Shown: piece after piece, positions 1 through 9,103 of the stretch
How positions within the stretch are numbered: the first letter of the stretch is position 1
Layout of the letters: each line of letters starts with the position of its first letter
DNA from: Acidobacteriota bacterium
GTDB lineage: Bacteria; Acidobacteriota; UBA6911
Assembly (NCBI GenBank): GCA_963664705.1
Contig: OY761556.1
Span: forward strand, 3,776,001-3,840,000
Length of the DNA stretch: 64,000 nt
Direction: 5' to 3'
The notes under the pieces: model-generated
The model's input: only the letters and a program-made list of their open reading frames with translations
Database searches by the model: none
What the model was told of the DNA's origin: nothing
Made by a program: the position numbers and the translations under genes

Positions 1-26
1 TTCCATTTGGAGCAGCGGAATTCGGG

Positions 27-770
27 CTAGGTCTTGGAAAACACCAGATGGATCCAATTGGCATGCGGGCGCGAACAAAGGCGCTGAATCTCGTTGCTTC
101 TGGCTGCTAACGAAGAACAGGCTCTGGACCACAGTGTTCTTTGCGCAGGCGGCGAAATCAACTTGGAACCACAGTGAAGGCATGGTTCTTCCTGATCATA
201 TGTCCCCCATGGATTTCCTGCGAGATCCATGAGAACCGCGGAAAAGCGGTTTGTCCGGGCATTGTTTGTTCCTACAAATGATTTGGAACTAACTGCTAAA
301 CCATTAAATAGCCTGGCAAGTTGCTCTTCATCAAAGCTGTTGATATGCCCCCACGGCGGATTTGTCTTCCCGCATGTCTGACACGTAGTTCGACAAAAGC
401 GAATATCCTGTTTAAATGGTACACCTATAACAATTTCACATCTGGCAACTCGCGCAATCTCGCGGCAAGCAAGCTCAAGGTCGCGAATGTGCTCCAATAC
501 TTCGGTGCAAAACACACAATCGAACGAATTGTCCGGGAATTGAAGGGACGTTACGTCTCCTTGGATCGTAACAACACCAGGATGCGTAAAACTTGGCTTC
601 TGCAGATCCATGGCGACCACTTCAGTAAAATACTGCTTGAGAAGCACGGAAAAATAGCCATCCCGTGCACCGATATCAAGCACTGAGTGCCGGTTCTTGG
701 GCACAATACGCAGGAGGTCTGTTGTGCGATGTGTTTCGTTGGCACTGGCACGGTATTGTTCCAGATTCAT
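27..770 (-). CDS. Class I SAM-dependent methyltransferase
   Basis: VLDIGARDG motif I, GDVTSLQFPDNSFDCVFCTEVLEHI motif typical of Methyltransf_11-like proteins in polysaccharide loci; additional CxxC pairs. Confidence 0.8.
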   Translation of the reverse strand: MNLEQYRASANETHRTTDLLRIVPKNRHSVLDIGARDGYFSVLLKQYFTEVVAMDLQKPSFTHPGVVTIQGDVTSLQFPDNSFDCVFCTEVLEHIRDLELACREIARVARCEIVIGVPFKQDIRFCRTTCQTCGKTNPPWGHINSFDEEQLARLFNGLAVSSKSFVGTNNARTNRFSAVLMDLAGNPWGTYDQEEPCLHCGSKLISPPAQRTLWSRACSSLAARSNEIQRLCSRPHANWIHLVFSKT

Positions 771-808
771 CTTGCCTTTATATCCTCACCCGGACTGACA
801 CCAAACTG

Positions 809-1852
809 TTATTGTCTGTGAGCCGCTAGCTCCTGGTTAACCGCTGAAGGATTAACCATACCAAATGCGCCGACAAGCAGACAATTAACCAAAACAGGCA
901 AAGCCGGAAGCCAATAACGAACCTCCCACCAATAGCCTATAACGCCCAAGAGCATCATATATGGCACCAAGGCTAAGGCAAAGCTTTGCAAAAAACGATT
1001 TGAACGAAATATGCCCTTACAGATAAATACAAAAATTGGACCTATTACCAGAAAGTTAATCCCCGCCGCATAGGTTGCATTTCTAAAATTGCCCGCAATA
1101 GCAGTAGCTACAAAAAAGGTGGAAGGCCTGTATCCAACAACCAAATGCACAATGGCATAGGCCACTACCCATAAAAGCAAGCCTCCCACGGCAAAGCGCA
1201 ATATTTTGCCTGTACGAAGGCTCCTTAATGTAGGCGGCGTGGGAAATGCATAAATAAGAAACCCGAGCGGCAAGTAAACGCTTGTCTCCCGGACGAGTGC
1301 TCCAACAATCATCAACGGCAACAAGAGCCAGTATCGTTTTTGCAACACCAGCCACATTCCGAACACGATCAGCATGGCCTCCCAAAAGGACCATGGATGG
1401 AAGTAGTGGTCGCGGAATGTTAGAAAGATAATGACGGTAGAGAAGACAATTCCGAAAAGTCCGTAGACTGGTTCCCACCATTGACGAATAATCAGGTAGA
1501 GGAAGGCAAGAAAGCCCGCAAATGCAATCCAATTCAGAATCACATAAGCGGTGTTGAATGCGCGCCTTGAATAGTGCTCGCTTCCCTTCGATGGATTGTT
1601 TGCGAGCTCAAAGTGCTGAATAACATGGGCTAAGGTATCGGCGGCAATAGGGATCAGGATTCTGTACCGATATTGATAGGGAGCCTCGCCATTCAGTATG
1701 GCGTTGTGAAGAATATACCGCCTCTCTTCGTTCGGAGCTTCGATTCGCTGCCAATACTCGAAAACCAGAATCGCGGATAGCTGCAAGATCATTGCAATCG
1801 ACAACCAAAAAGTTTTCCTGTTCGAAAAACTCCGGTGCTTAGCTTCTATCAT
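809..1852 (-). CDS. Polytopic membrane protein, possibly GT-C-like glycosyltransferase
   Basis: 347 aa with many hydrophobic segments, periplasmic APYQYR motif after TM1 and an RET motif; function inferred only. Confidence 0.55.
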   Translation of the reverse strand: MIEAKHRSFSNRKTFWLSIAMILQLSAILVFEYWQRIEAPNEERRYILHNAILNGEAPYQYRYRILIPIAADTLAHVIQHFELANNPSKGSEHYSRRAFNTAYVILNWIAFAGFLAFLYLIIRQWWEPVYGLFGIVFSTVIIFLTFRDHYFHPWSFWEAMLIVFGMWLVLQKRYWLLLPLMIVGALVRETSVYLPLGFLIYAFPTPPTLRSLRTGKILRFAVGGLLLWVVAYAIVHLVVGYRPSTFFVATAIAGNFRNATYAAGINFLVIGPIFVFICKGIFRSNRFLQSFALALVPYMMLLGVIGYWWEVRYWLPALPVLVNCLLVGAFGMVNPSAVNQELAAHRQ

Positions 1853-1889
1853 ATCCGCTCCATGCAGCCAATCCCCTCTTGCCCCTGTG

Positions 1890-2696
1890 TTATTGCTTCT
1901 GTATCTCGTCCCCTAATTCATGCACTCTGACAGCCATCGCCGCTGAAGCACTAGAACAGGTTTTTCTTTTTGCAAAAAGACAAAGGCCGGCTAAACCCGT
2001 ACCCAGAAGCAGCAGCGAAGCAGGCTCAGGAGAATGCACACCGGGGTAATTCGGATCAGACAGGGCACTCCCATACTGGAAGCTGACATTGGAAATGTCT
2101 GAGAGCTGAAATCCCGTCGGAAGATTGCCCATCGTGAAGATAACAGAGTCCTTGATCAATCCTCCACTGCCAAGGATATTCCCCTTTGCTCCCGTGCCGG
2201 GGTTATCCCCCGATGAAAGCAGGCCATAATCCCCGCCGCCTACCGAGTCCGGCCCGGCAAGATTTGAACCGGGAAAGAGATTTGAAGGACCGAAAAGACC
2301 AAAGCCGGCGCTGGCAATCCCTTCATTCGCGCCATTTGGAGCCCCGGCCAAGCCGTTTTTATAAGCCCACTCCCCCCCGACAATACCTCCCACAGGCTGT
2401 CCCTGCGGATCATAAAGCACCGAACTGCCCGGCCCCAACAAGGCCGAGGTCCGGCTCAACAATGGATTGCCGGAAATGTTAAAAAACAGGCCTGTAAGAA
2501 CCTGGGTTTCAACGAGCACATCGCCGGATCCCGTATTCGAGAGTGTCACAAAGAGATTGGATCCCGAAATTGTAAATACCGCCGTAGCTCCCAATCCGCC
2601 GTTAGCAAACTGGTATTTAACGGTATCCGCCATAAGCGGAGCTGCGGTTAATGCCGACAGGAAAACTGCAAAGACAAGAAGTCGAGGCTTCCTCAT
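1890..2696 (-). CDS. PEP-CTERM sorting-domain surface protein
   Basis: Signal peptide (MRKPRLLVFAVFLSALTAAPLMA), Gly/Ser/Asn-rich body, C-terminal SPEPASLLLLGTGLAGLCLFAKRK; start moved to ATG at 2696. Confidence 0.85.
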   Translation of the reverse strand: MRKPRLLVFAVFLSALTAAPLMADTVKYQFANGGLGATAVFTISGSNLFVTLSNTGSGDVLVETQVLTGLFFNISGNPLLSRTSALLGPGSSVLYDPQGQPVGGIVGGEWAYKNGLAGAPNGANEGIASAGFGLFGPSNLFPGSNLAGPDSVGGGDYGLLSSGDNPGTGAKGNILGSGGLIKDSVIFTMGNLPTGFQLSDISNVSFQYGSALSDPNYPGVHSPEPASLLLLGTGLAGLCLFAKRKTCSSASAAMAVRVHELGDEIQKQ

Positions 2697-2841
2697 ATCG
2701 TTCCATCCTTTTTTTGATAACACCTTTCCTATCGGCATCTGCTTTGAATTGAATCACATAGATTGTCTCTGACCCCGGAATATATGGAGATCAGGCAGAA
2801 ATGAAAAATTTGTGGATGGAATTTGAAAAATCTCCCTAAAT

Positions 2842-2858
2842 TGTAAAAAAGCTCGACA
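2842..2858. promoter_or_regulatory. Putative enhancer-binding-protein box (TGTAAA-N5-TCGACA)
   Basis: tgtaaaaaagctcgaca; similar 17-bp boxes at 2945, 27819 and 27850, all upstream of PEP-CTERM genes. Confidence 0.5.
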
Positions 2859-2944
2859 TTTTTCGACTTTGCCCCCACAAAGCGCATATGTTTTTTATTA
2901 TCAATCACTTATATAATTCTGTCTTCAAATCGCAGGCGATAATA

Positions 2945-2961
2945 TGTAAACGTAATTTACA
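2945..2961. promoter_or_regulatory. Putative enhancer box, palindromic TGTAAA-N5-TTTACA
   Basis: tgtaaacgtaatttaca, about 115 bp upstream of a sigma-54-type promoter. Confidence 0.55.
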
Positions 2962-3073
2962 ATCCGGGTACCCGAATAAGCTGCCTTTTTGAATTGCTGC
3001 GTGGGGGGAGACTAACATAAATGTTTTCAATCACATACCGGACCGTTACCAAAGCATCCATCTACTGCAATTA

Positions 3074-3089
3074 TGGCCACTAAATTGCA
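3074..3089 (+). promoter_or_regulatory. Sigma-54 (-24/-12) promoter
   Basis: tGGccactaaattGCa with exact GG-N10-GC spacing, 30 bp before the PEP-CTERM ATG. Confidence 0.6.
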
Positions 3090-3118
3090 TATATCAGTAC
3101 GGAATTAAGGAGAACGAT

Positions 3119-3760
3119 ATGAAAATCAGATTGCTCGTTGTGCTAATGTTGATCAGCATGGCCTCAAGCTTGTACGCCCTTCCTGTCTATGACGCTACAT
3201 TTCAGGGCGTCACATTCACTTTCACGAAACTTGACGCCGATACGCTGAAATTTGAACTCAAAGGCACGCCTAGCGGCGATTGGACTGGCGTGCAGTTCCT
3301 GGGAGCCTTTGCCCTCAAAGGGCTAGGAATAGATTTCACCTCAGCATCAGGCACTGCTAACGGCCCGGGAGCAACTGATCTGGTAAGCCTTAACACTCAG
3401 CTTTCCGCAAATAATTTTGACTGTTCGGAAACCGCGGGCGGGCAAAAAGGAATCGGATGCTGGGACATTGATCCCGATGTTGCCTTGGGTGGATCGCCCT
3501 TTGATTTTGTCTATGATATTGACTTCTCGGCGCCTCTGAATATTTCCACAGATGGAGTACACCTCCAGATTGTTTTCACCAATACGGCAGGCGGAGGCAA
3601 AGTCGGAAGCTTGTACTCCCAAAATGTTGGCTCCTCGTCAGGCACGGCATCCAGCGGAACCGGATCCAGCGGCCAGGTACCGGAACCGGCGACAGGTTCT
3701 CTCGTTCTGATCGGCTTGGCCCTGGTGGGCGCCGGATTCAAGCTTCGTCGCCGATCCTAA
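3119..3760 (+). CDS. PEP-CTERM sorting-domain surface protein
   Basis: RBS aaggag, signal peptide, Ser/Gly linker, VPEPATGSLVLIGLALVGAGFKLRRRS tail. Confidence 0.92.
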   Translation: MKIRLLVVLMLISMASSLYALPVYDATFQGVTFTFTKLDADTLKFELKGTPSGDWTGVQFLGAFALKGLGIDFTSASGTANGPGATDLVSLNTQLSANNFDCSETAGGQKGIGCWDIDPDVALGGSPFDFVYDIDFSAPLNISTDGVHLQIVFTNTAGGGKVGSLYSQNVGSSSGTASSGTGSSGQVPEPATGSLVLIGLALVGAGFKLRRRS

Positions 3761-3791
3761 AACCGATCTTTCAATCGCTCTCGATCTACCT

Positions 3792-3836
3792 AAGAGCAAA
3801 AGCCCAAAAACAAAAGGGCTTTTGCTCTTTTTTTTT
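3792..3836 (+). terminator. Rho-independent terminator
   Basis: aagagcaaaagccc-10 nt loop-gggcttttgctctt followed by a T tract. Confidence 0.8.
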
Positions 3837-3858
3837 CGGCAGGTTTATTGCTTAATCA

Positions 3859-4980
3859 ATGCCTGGAGACGATGTGCCTGGAGTGAACGAATCCGCGCTT
3901 CCTATTATCGAACCATCTTCCTTTGCGCTGCGCATGCAGGGACTCGCTGCTTCCGCCGCAGTAGTCGTGCTTTCCTGTGCCGCCTACCGCTATGCTCCTT
4001 TTGACTACACACGGGCTCAGTTTGGCAAGCTGTACGGTTCGGAAAGCCTGCCGTTTACCGCTGAAGAGTTCCTTTGGTCCGCGGCAACCATTTATGTCCT
4101 TCTGCTGGCTGCCTATTTTATTGCCGTTCGTAATGCGGGAACGGCAAAGGCATTGCGCGCTGTCAGGATAGCCCTTGCCTTTGTCCGCAACCCCGGCTCC
4201 TTCATTCGTAATGGACTGGCGGCGGAAGATCGGATCGCGGCCCTGTCAACTCTGCTCAAGGCCTTCTTCGCGCCCATGATGACGATATCGCTCCTGGCTT
4301 TCTCCCAGGGCGCCTTCGAAAACGGTGCCGTACTGCTTGCAGGCAATTCTTTTCAAAGCGGCATATTCGTATTGCTCGAGCGCCATGGTTTTTGGTTTTT
4401 CATGCAGCTTATCTGCTTCGTCGATGTCTCGATCTTTACCTTCGGCTATCTGATCGAGCTGCCGCTGCTGCGAAATGAGATTCGCTCGGTGGAACCCACG
4501 CTTCTGGGCTGGAGTGCCGCATTGGCATGCTACCCTCCGTTCAACCTTATTACGGGTTTTATCCTTGGATCTACCGTAAGCGATTTCCCTCAGTTCGAGA
4601 ATCCGACGATTCACGTCATCCTCGATGCCTTGCTGCTGCTTCTGATGGCGGTCTATGCCTCTGCATCCGTCGCTCTGGGATGGAGGGCCAGCAACCTGAC
4701 TCATCGCGGAATCGTCAGCCGCGGTCCCTATGCCATTGTTCGGCACCCGGCCTACATCAGCAAAAACCTCTCCTGGTGGATAGGATCATTCCCTATCGTT
4801 GGCACGGCTTTCGCCAAATCCCCCATTGCGGGATTGTGGGCCATTCTGTCGATGTTTGCCTGGTCCATGCTTTATTTCCTGCGTGCGGTTACGGAGGAAG
4901 ATCACCTGCGCCGTGTTAACAAAGAGTACGACGCTTACGCCGCCCGCGTGCGCTATCGATTCATCCCCGGCATTATATAA
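3859..4980 (+). CDS. Membrane protein with isoprenylcysteine/phospholipid methyltransferase-like C-terminal domain
   Basis: Multiple TMs; IVSRGPYAIVRHPAY and RAVTEEDHL...YDAYAARVRYRFIPG motifs of the ICMT/PEMT family. Confidence 0.75.
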   Translation: MPGDDVPGVNESALPIIEPSSFALRMQGLAASAAVVVLSCAAYRYAPFDYTRAQFGKLYGSESLPFTAEEFLWSAATIYVLLLAAYFIAVRNAGTAKALRAVRIALAFVRNPGSFIRNGLAAEDRIAALSTLLKAFFAPMMTISLLAFSQGAFENGAVLLAGNSFQSGIFVLLERHGFWFFMQLICFVDVSIFTFGYLIELPLLRNEIRSVEPTLLGWSAALACYPPFNLITGFILGSTVSDFPQFENPTIHVILDALLLLLMAVYASASVALGWRASNLTHRGIVSRGPYAIVRHPAYISKNLSWWIGSFPIVGTAFAKSPIAGLWAILSMFAWSMLYFLRAVTEEDHLRRVNKEYDAYAARVRYRFIPGII

Positions 4981-5014
4981 AAGCGCCCGATCCGGCGAGG
5001 ATCCGGGCTTCCTA

Positions 5015-5059
5015 AACGAAGAAAGGCCCCGGGCAATTTGCCTGGGGCCTTTCTTCGTT
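5015..5059. terminator. Bidirectional terminator hairpin between convergent genes
   Basis: aacgaagaaaggccccgggcaa / ttgcctggggcctttcttcgtt near-perfect inverted repeat. Confidence 0.75.
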
Positions 5060-5113
5060 CAAGCAGGTGCGTCTCGGCAGTGCTGCTCTCTACTGCTGCG
5101 GATAGGAATCGGT

Positions 5114-6862
5114 CTATTTCTTGGCCTGCGTCACCGAGTGGGTCTGCCCGGAAATCGTAATGGATCCGGTGCGCCGGGCTCCGGTAATAGGCGCAACCGT
5201 ATAGGTAAATGAACTGGTGCTCTGGGCCTGAATAGTAAGCCAGGATGCATTGCTTACCGGCGTCCAGGCACAGCCTGCAGGCGCGGTCACAGTCACGGTT
5301 GCCGATCCCCCCGCTGCCGCAAAGCTCTTGCTTGTCGGCGAAATGCTGCAGGTACATTGCGTTGTGGCGCTGGCAGCATTGGAGTATGCCGAATCGGCGC
5401 CGGTGATATAGGCGCGAACCCTATAGCTGTAGCTTGTGTTCGACTTCAAACCGGCACTGCTGTAGCTGGTAGCCCCGGCGGCAACGGTTGCGATTTGCGA
5501 AAAAGCGCTGCAGGCAACACCTTCACAACGCTCAATCTTGAACCCGCTTTCGTTGGATGACAGGTCTGCCCATTTGAGATTGATCTGCGTACCCGATGCG
5601 GCGGCCGCGGATAAGCTGCCCGGGGCGGAGGGAGGCTGCGGAGCCGGTGTTGTCGCAGATGCTGTAGGCGTATAGGAAGAGCTGCCTCCCGTATTGTAAC
5701 TGTTCACCCGGTAAGAATAGGTCGTATTCGCAGCGACGCTCTTATCGCTATAGCTGGCAACATTCGAGCTGACCGTGGCGATCTGGGCAAAACTGCTGCA
5801 CCCTGCACCGGAACAGCGCTCTATCTTGAAGCCGTCTTCATTGACGGAACCATCAGCCCAACCAAGATTGATCTGTGTGCTCGCTGCAGCCGAGGCCACC
5901 AGTGAACTTGGCGCCGCCGGGGCAGCCGGAAGATCGGGAATCGAATAGGCTATGGACCACTCCCCAAAATAGACAGGGCTGTTCAGCTGCGAATAGGCGA
6001 TCAGGAAATATCCGCCGCTCCCCCACCCGGTGCCCCAACTATTTTTAACCTTGAAGTATCCCCCTCCATTGACCGAAGGATCATCCGTATAACCCACGAT
6101 TAGAATTGCATGCCCACCCTGGTATGCGCCGGAGCTGTATTCGTAAACTCCGCCCGCATAGTTAAAGAAATCGGCATAGACATCCATGGTGGTCACCAGA
6201 GGGCCATAGGTGGCGAGCGCCGTCTTTAATGCACTGAGATTCGCCGGCGAGGTGTTTACCCACGACCATTTTACGACCTTTTGTACATCATTTTGCCAAC
6301 CGGTCACAGCATTGGAACAGGCGTTATTGGAGGTTGTATACGGGAAATAGGGTTCGGTCGGGAGTCCGGTAGCCTGGATATAATTGGATGCGGAATCGAT
6401 ATATCCGCCACTGCAACTACCTGCTCCGCTGCAGGATACGAGCATCTGTTCCGCTCGGTTATCATCGGTCAACGGGGTGTTGTTCTTGATCAGAAGCTGC
6501 GATTCAAGGGCAGCCGTGGTCGCGAAAGCCCAGCAGCTTCCGCAGGAACCCTGGTTTCTCACCGGAGTGACATAGCTGACCAAATCAACGGCGGAAGAAA
6601 GTCCCGTGGCGGGCGCGGAGGCAGATAAGAGCTTTTCCTTGCCGGTGAGGTGGGGCTTCATCAATCCCACACGCATCTTTTTCTCATTTTCCGGCAAAAC
6701 GGAAACTGAGGTTTCCTCGGCAACCCACTTCTGCCCTTTTGCTTTGATGGATGCCTTGATTTCGGACAGATCCTGAGCAAAAGATCCGATGCATCCGGCC
6801 ACAAACACCAACCACAGAACCGCACATATTTTCAAGCTTCGCGTCGAAATGGCTGCCTTCAT
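5114..6862 (-). CDS. Secreted C1A (papain-family) cysteine peptidase with two FN3 domains and a C-terminal BACON-like domain
   Basis: QGSCGSCWAF, GGHAI and KNSWG catalytic motifs; two repeats of P.AP.SL.A.A.S.TQINL.WAD.S.NE.GFKIERC; signal peptide; start moved to ATG at 6862. Confidence 0.88.
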   Translation of the reverse strand: MKAAISTRSLKICAVLWLVFVAGCIGSFAQDLSEIKASIKAKGQKWVAEETSVSVLPENEKKMRVGLMKPHLTGKEKLLSASAPATGLSSAVDLVSYVTPVRNQGSCGSCWAFATTAALESQLLIKNNTPLTDDNRAEQMLVSCSGAGSCSGGYIDSASNYIQATGLPTEPYFPYTTSNNACSNAVTGWQNDVQKVVKWSWVNTSPANLSALKTALATYGPLVTTMDVYADFFNYAGGVYEYSSGAYQGGHAILIVGYTDDPSVNGGGYFKVKNSWGTGWGSGGYFLIAYSQLNSPVYFGEWSIAYSIPDLPAAPAAPSSLVASAAASTQINLGWADGSVNEDGFKIERCSGAGCSSFAQIATVSSNVASYSDKSVAANTTYSYRVNSYNTGGSSSYTPTASATTPAPQPPSAPGSLSAAAASGTQINLKWADLSSNESGFKIERCEGVACSAFSQIATVAAGATSYSSAGLKSNTSYSYRVRAYITGADSAYSNAASATTQCTCSISPTSKSFAAAGGSATVTVTAPAGCAWTPVSNASWLTIQAQSTSSFTYTVAPITGARRTGSITISGQTHSVTQAKK

Positions 6863-7005
6863 GTTGCACTCCGTTTTAATGGACTTTTCCGAACCAACGC
6901 TTCCATTATCGGAGTTATTGGTTATCAGGCTGTGATTGATACCACAAATTGCACGAATTTCACAAAAAGGTTGTGGTTTTGTTTCAAAATGGGCAACCTG
7001 TGGGA

Positions 7006-8187
7006 ATGAACATGCGTCCATTCACGCTCTACCGCTACGGTTTTCTTCTCTCTCTCCTGTTGGTCCTTTACGGAGCGCTGTTCCCTTTCAGCTTTGATCT
7101 GGCAAACTTTTCGACGTCGCACTTCAGCCTTCTGCCGTTCTGGGATGCCGAACGCGGACGGATTCACAGTATTCCCGATATGGTAAGCAATGTCCTGCTC
7201 ACTATGCCGCTGGGTTTCTTCGGAACCCTGTGGCTGGGAGGAAAACGGAAGCTGACGACAATCGGCGGGTGGTTTCTGTTCGGTCTGACCGTGGGAATTC
7301 TGGCCGAGGTCGCGCAATTGGCTATTCCGTCCAGGTTATCGGATATCACGGATGCCTTGAATAACGGCCTCGGTTCGATGGCGGGATCAATCATTGCCTG
7401 CCTGTTCGGAAAGGGCATTTCCGACCTGTTTTCGGGGACCCTGTTCGAAATCAAGGACACCTATTTTTTTATTGTTATTTTTATCCTGGGAGCAGGGATG
7501 CTTCTGCCATTTGATTTCACAATGGATGTGTCCCATTTCGGATCCAGCTTGAGACAGCTTTGGACCAACCCCTGGGAAAAGGGAATGCCGATCCAGGATG
7601 AATGGATTCAAATGGCCGAGTTCGGCATTCTGGGAGCGCTGGCAGGACGGATTGCGAAATATCGCATCATTCTTCTGGCCTTGGCTCTTCCTTTCATCCT
7701 CGAATCCATGCAGTTTCTGGTTGAATCGCATGCTCCTTCCGTTCGCGATCTGTTTATGAATGCCCTTGGAGTCGTATGCGGAATCACGATCGCTCGAACG
7801 AAACCATCGCTGGCCAGACCGGCCGCGGGATTCGCAGTGATGAATCTGGCTATCATCGCCCAGGGCCTGAGTCCCTATCATCTCGCAGCGCGCTCTCACT
7901 TTGAATGGGTTCCACTGGTGGAGTATTACAATCAAACTACCGGGGCCGCATTGTATGATGCCATGTCGGGATTATTGATTTATGGGCTGCTCACTACCCT
8001 ATGGCCCAGAAAAGCAACAATCCTTTGGGCAGTTTTACTGGCTGCGGGAATCGAGTGCGTTCAGACGTTCATCCCGGCAAGATCAGCAGGAATTACCGAC
8101 ATTCTGATTGCCGGCCTTGGAGCCTGCTCCGGATATGCAATCTTCCATAGTATTGAGGATTACGCCGGGTATACCGAAATAGGCTGA
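7006..8187 (+). CDS. VanZ family membrane protein
   Basis: D..SNVLL.MPLG...E..QL.IPSR.SDITD...N..G motif, repeated three times; many TMs. Confidence 0.8.
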   Translation: MNMRPFTLYRYGFLLSLLLVLYGALFPFSFDLANFSTSHFSLLPFWDAERGRIHSIPDMVSNVLLTMPLGFFGTLWLGGKRKLTTIGGWFLFGLTVGILAEVAQLAIPSRLSDITDALNNGLGSMAGSIIACLFGKGISDLFSGTLFEIKDTYFFIVIFILGAGMLLPFDFTMDVSHFGSSLRQLWTNPWEKGMPIQDEWIQMAEFGILGALAGRIAKYRIILLALALPFILESMQFLVESHAPSVRDLFMNALGVVCGITIARTKPSLARPAAGFAVMNLAIIAQGLSPYHLAARSHFEWVPLVEYYNQTTGAALYDAMSGLLIYGLLTTLWPRKATILWAVLLAAGIECVQTFIPARSAGITDILIAGLGACSGYAIFHSIEDYAGYTEIG

Positions 8188-8191
8188 TCTC

Positions 8192-8851
8192 TTACCAGAA
8201 AATGTAAGCCCCGCGCGTAACAACCCAGAGTGCCAGAAGGAAATTTGTGATCGCGTGGGCAGCCATCGCATCTCCAAGACGACCTTTGCGTATCACAAGC
8301 CACTGATAGGCAAAAGCACACAAAATTCCGGGAAGCCATTCATAGTGGCCGACGCCAAAGACAATGCCGGCAATCAAAAATGACCTCAGGTCAAAGCGAG
8401 ACAGAGGGAGCTGCAGAAAATCGGATTTTGACAGATAGCGATAGATAAAGGACCGGTAAAAGACCTCTTCGATAGGAGGTACTACCAGGGATGATCCGAG
8501 TGTCCGCACCGCAATAAAGAACATGGCCAGTGCGGAACCGGCACCATAGGTTTTGATCGGATTGAAAGTTCCTGTGCGCGATGCCAACAGTGGATAGTGA
8601 CCGTCTAAGCCAACCCAGGCAAGAAAAACGACAATGCCGACAATCACTGCCTCCCATGAGAAATTCCAGCGCATTTCCTTTATATAGGGTCGCACGATCC
8701 ATATCATCCATGCGCCCAATAATGTCTTGAGAGCGTAGATCCAATATTGGGAGGTATCGCCGAAACGTCCCTGGAGCAAAGTAAGACCGCAAAAAAGGGC
8801 AAACGGAAGTACACGAACAAGGATAGGAGACGCCAAAATTTTATTGAACAT
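8192..8851 (-). CDS. CAAX prenyl protease-related (Abi/CPBP) protein, PEP-CTERM/exosortase-system-associated type
   Basis: VVPPIEEVFYRSF, FGVGH and AHAITNFLL motifs; RVLPF and Y..KT N-terminal pattern; genomic context. Confidence 0.85.
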   Translation of the reverse strand: MFNKILASPILVRVLPFALFCGLTLLQGRFGDTSQYWIYALKTLLGAWMIWIVRPYIKEMRWNFSWEAVIVGIVVFLAWVGLDGHYPLLASRTGTFNPIKTYGAGSALAMFFIAVRTLGSSLVVPPIEEVFYRSFIYRYLSKSDFLQLPLSRFDLRSFLIAGIVFGVGHYEWLPGILCAFAYQWLVIRKGRLGDAMAAHAITNFLLALWVVTRGAYIFW

Positions 8852-8930
8852 AGGATTTTTCAAGTTTAACCTCAATGCTTTATCGGCAGCAAGAAGAGCT
8901 TAGAAAAGTATTTTGTGCCTGGAGGCCCCA

Positions 8931-9078
8931 CTGGGAGCGTCTCGCCGGCAAAGGCGTACTCGAATGGGAGCCCATGGAGTGCAGCGCTTGCTGCCTCCTT
9001 TGAAAATCGTAAAAGCCGAAGGGCTTCGCCCTCGACAAATAGTATATGTGGCATTGGCAGGGACGGCGGCGCTCCCAG
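8931..9078. repeat. Composite REP-like element (GGAGCGCCGGCGTCTCGCCGGC-type outer arms around a TGGAGTGC-type core)
   Basis: ctgggagcgtctcgccggca...tggagtgcagcgcttgctgcc...gggacggcggcgctcccag; shares blocks with 50817-50992. Confidence 0.55.
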
Positions 9079-9103
9079 CCGGAAGATCATGGGTGAGACG
9101 ACT

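Noticed and set aside
3630-3675. Short tandem repeats (ggcatccagcgg / ggatccagcgg)
   Set aside because: They encode the Ser/Gly linker preceding the PEP-CTERM motif; ordinary low-complexity coding sequence.
8915-9103. Long N-terminal extension of UDP-glucose dehydrogenase
   Set aside because: The extension reads through a REP-like element and the family starts at MYSKRIACIGAG. Similar spurious extensions were trimmed for several other genes.
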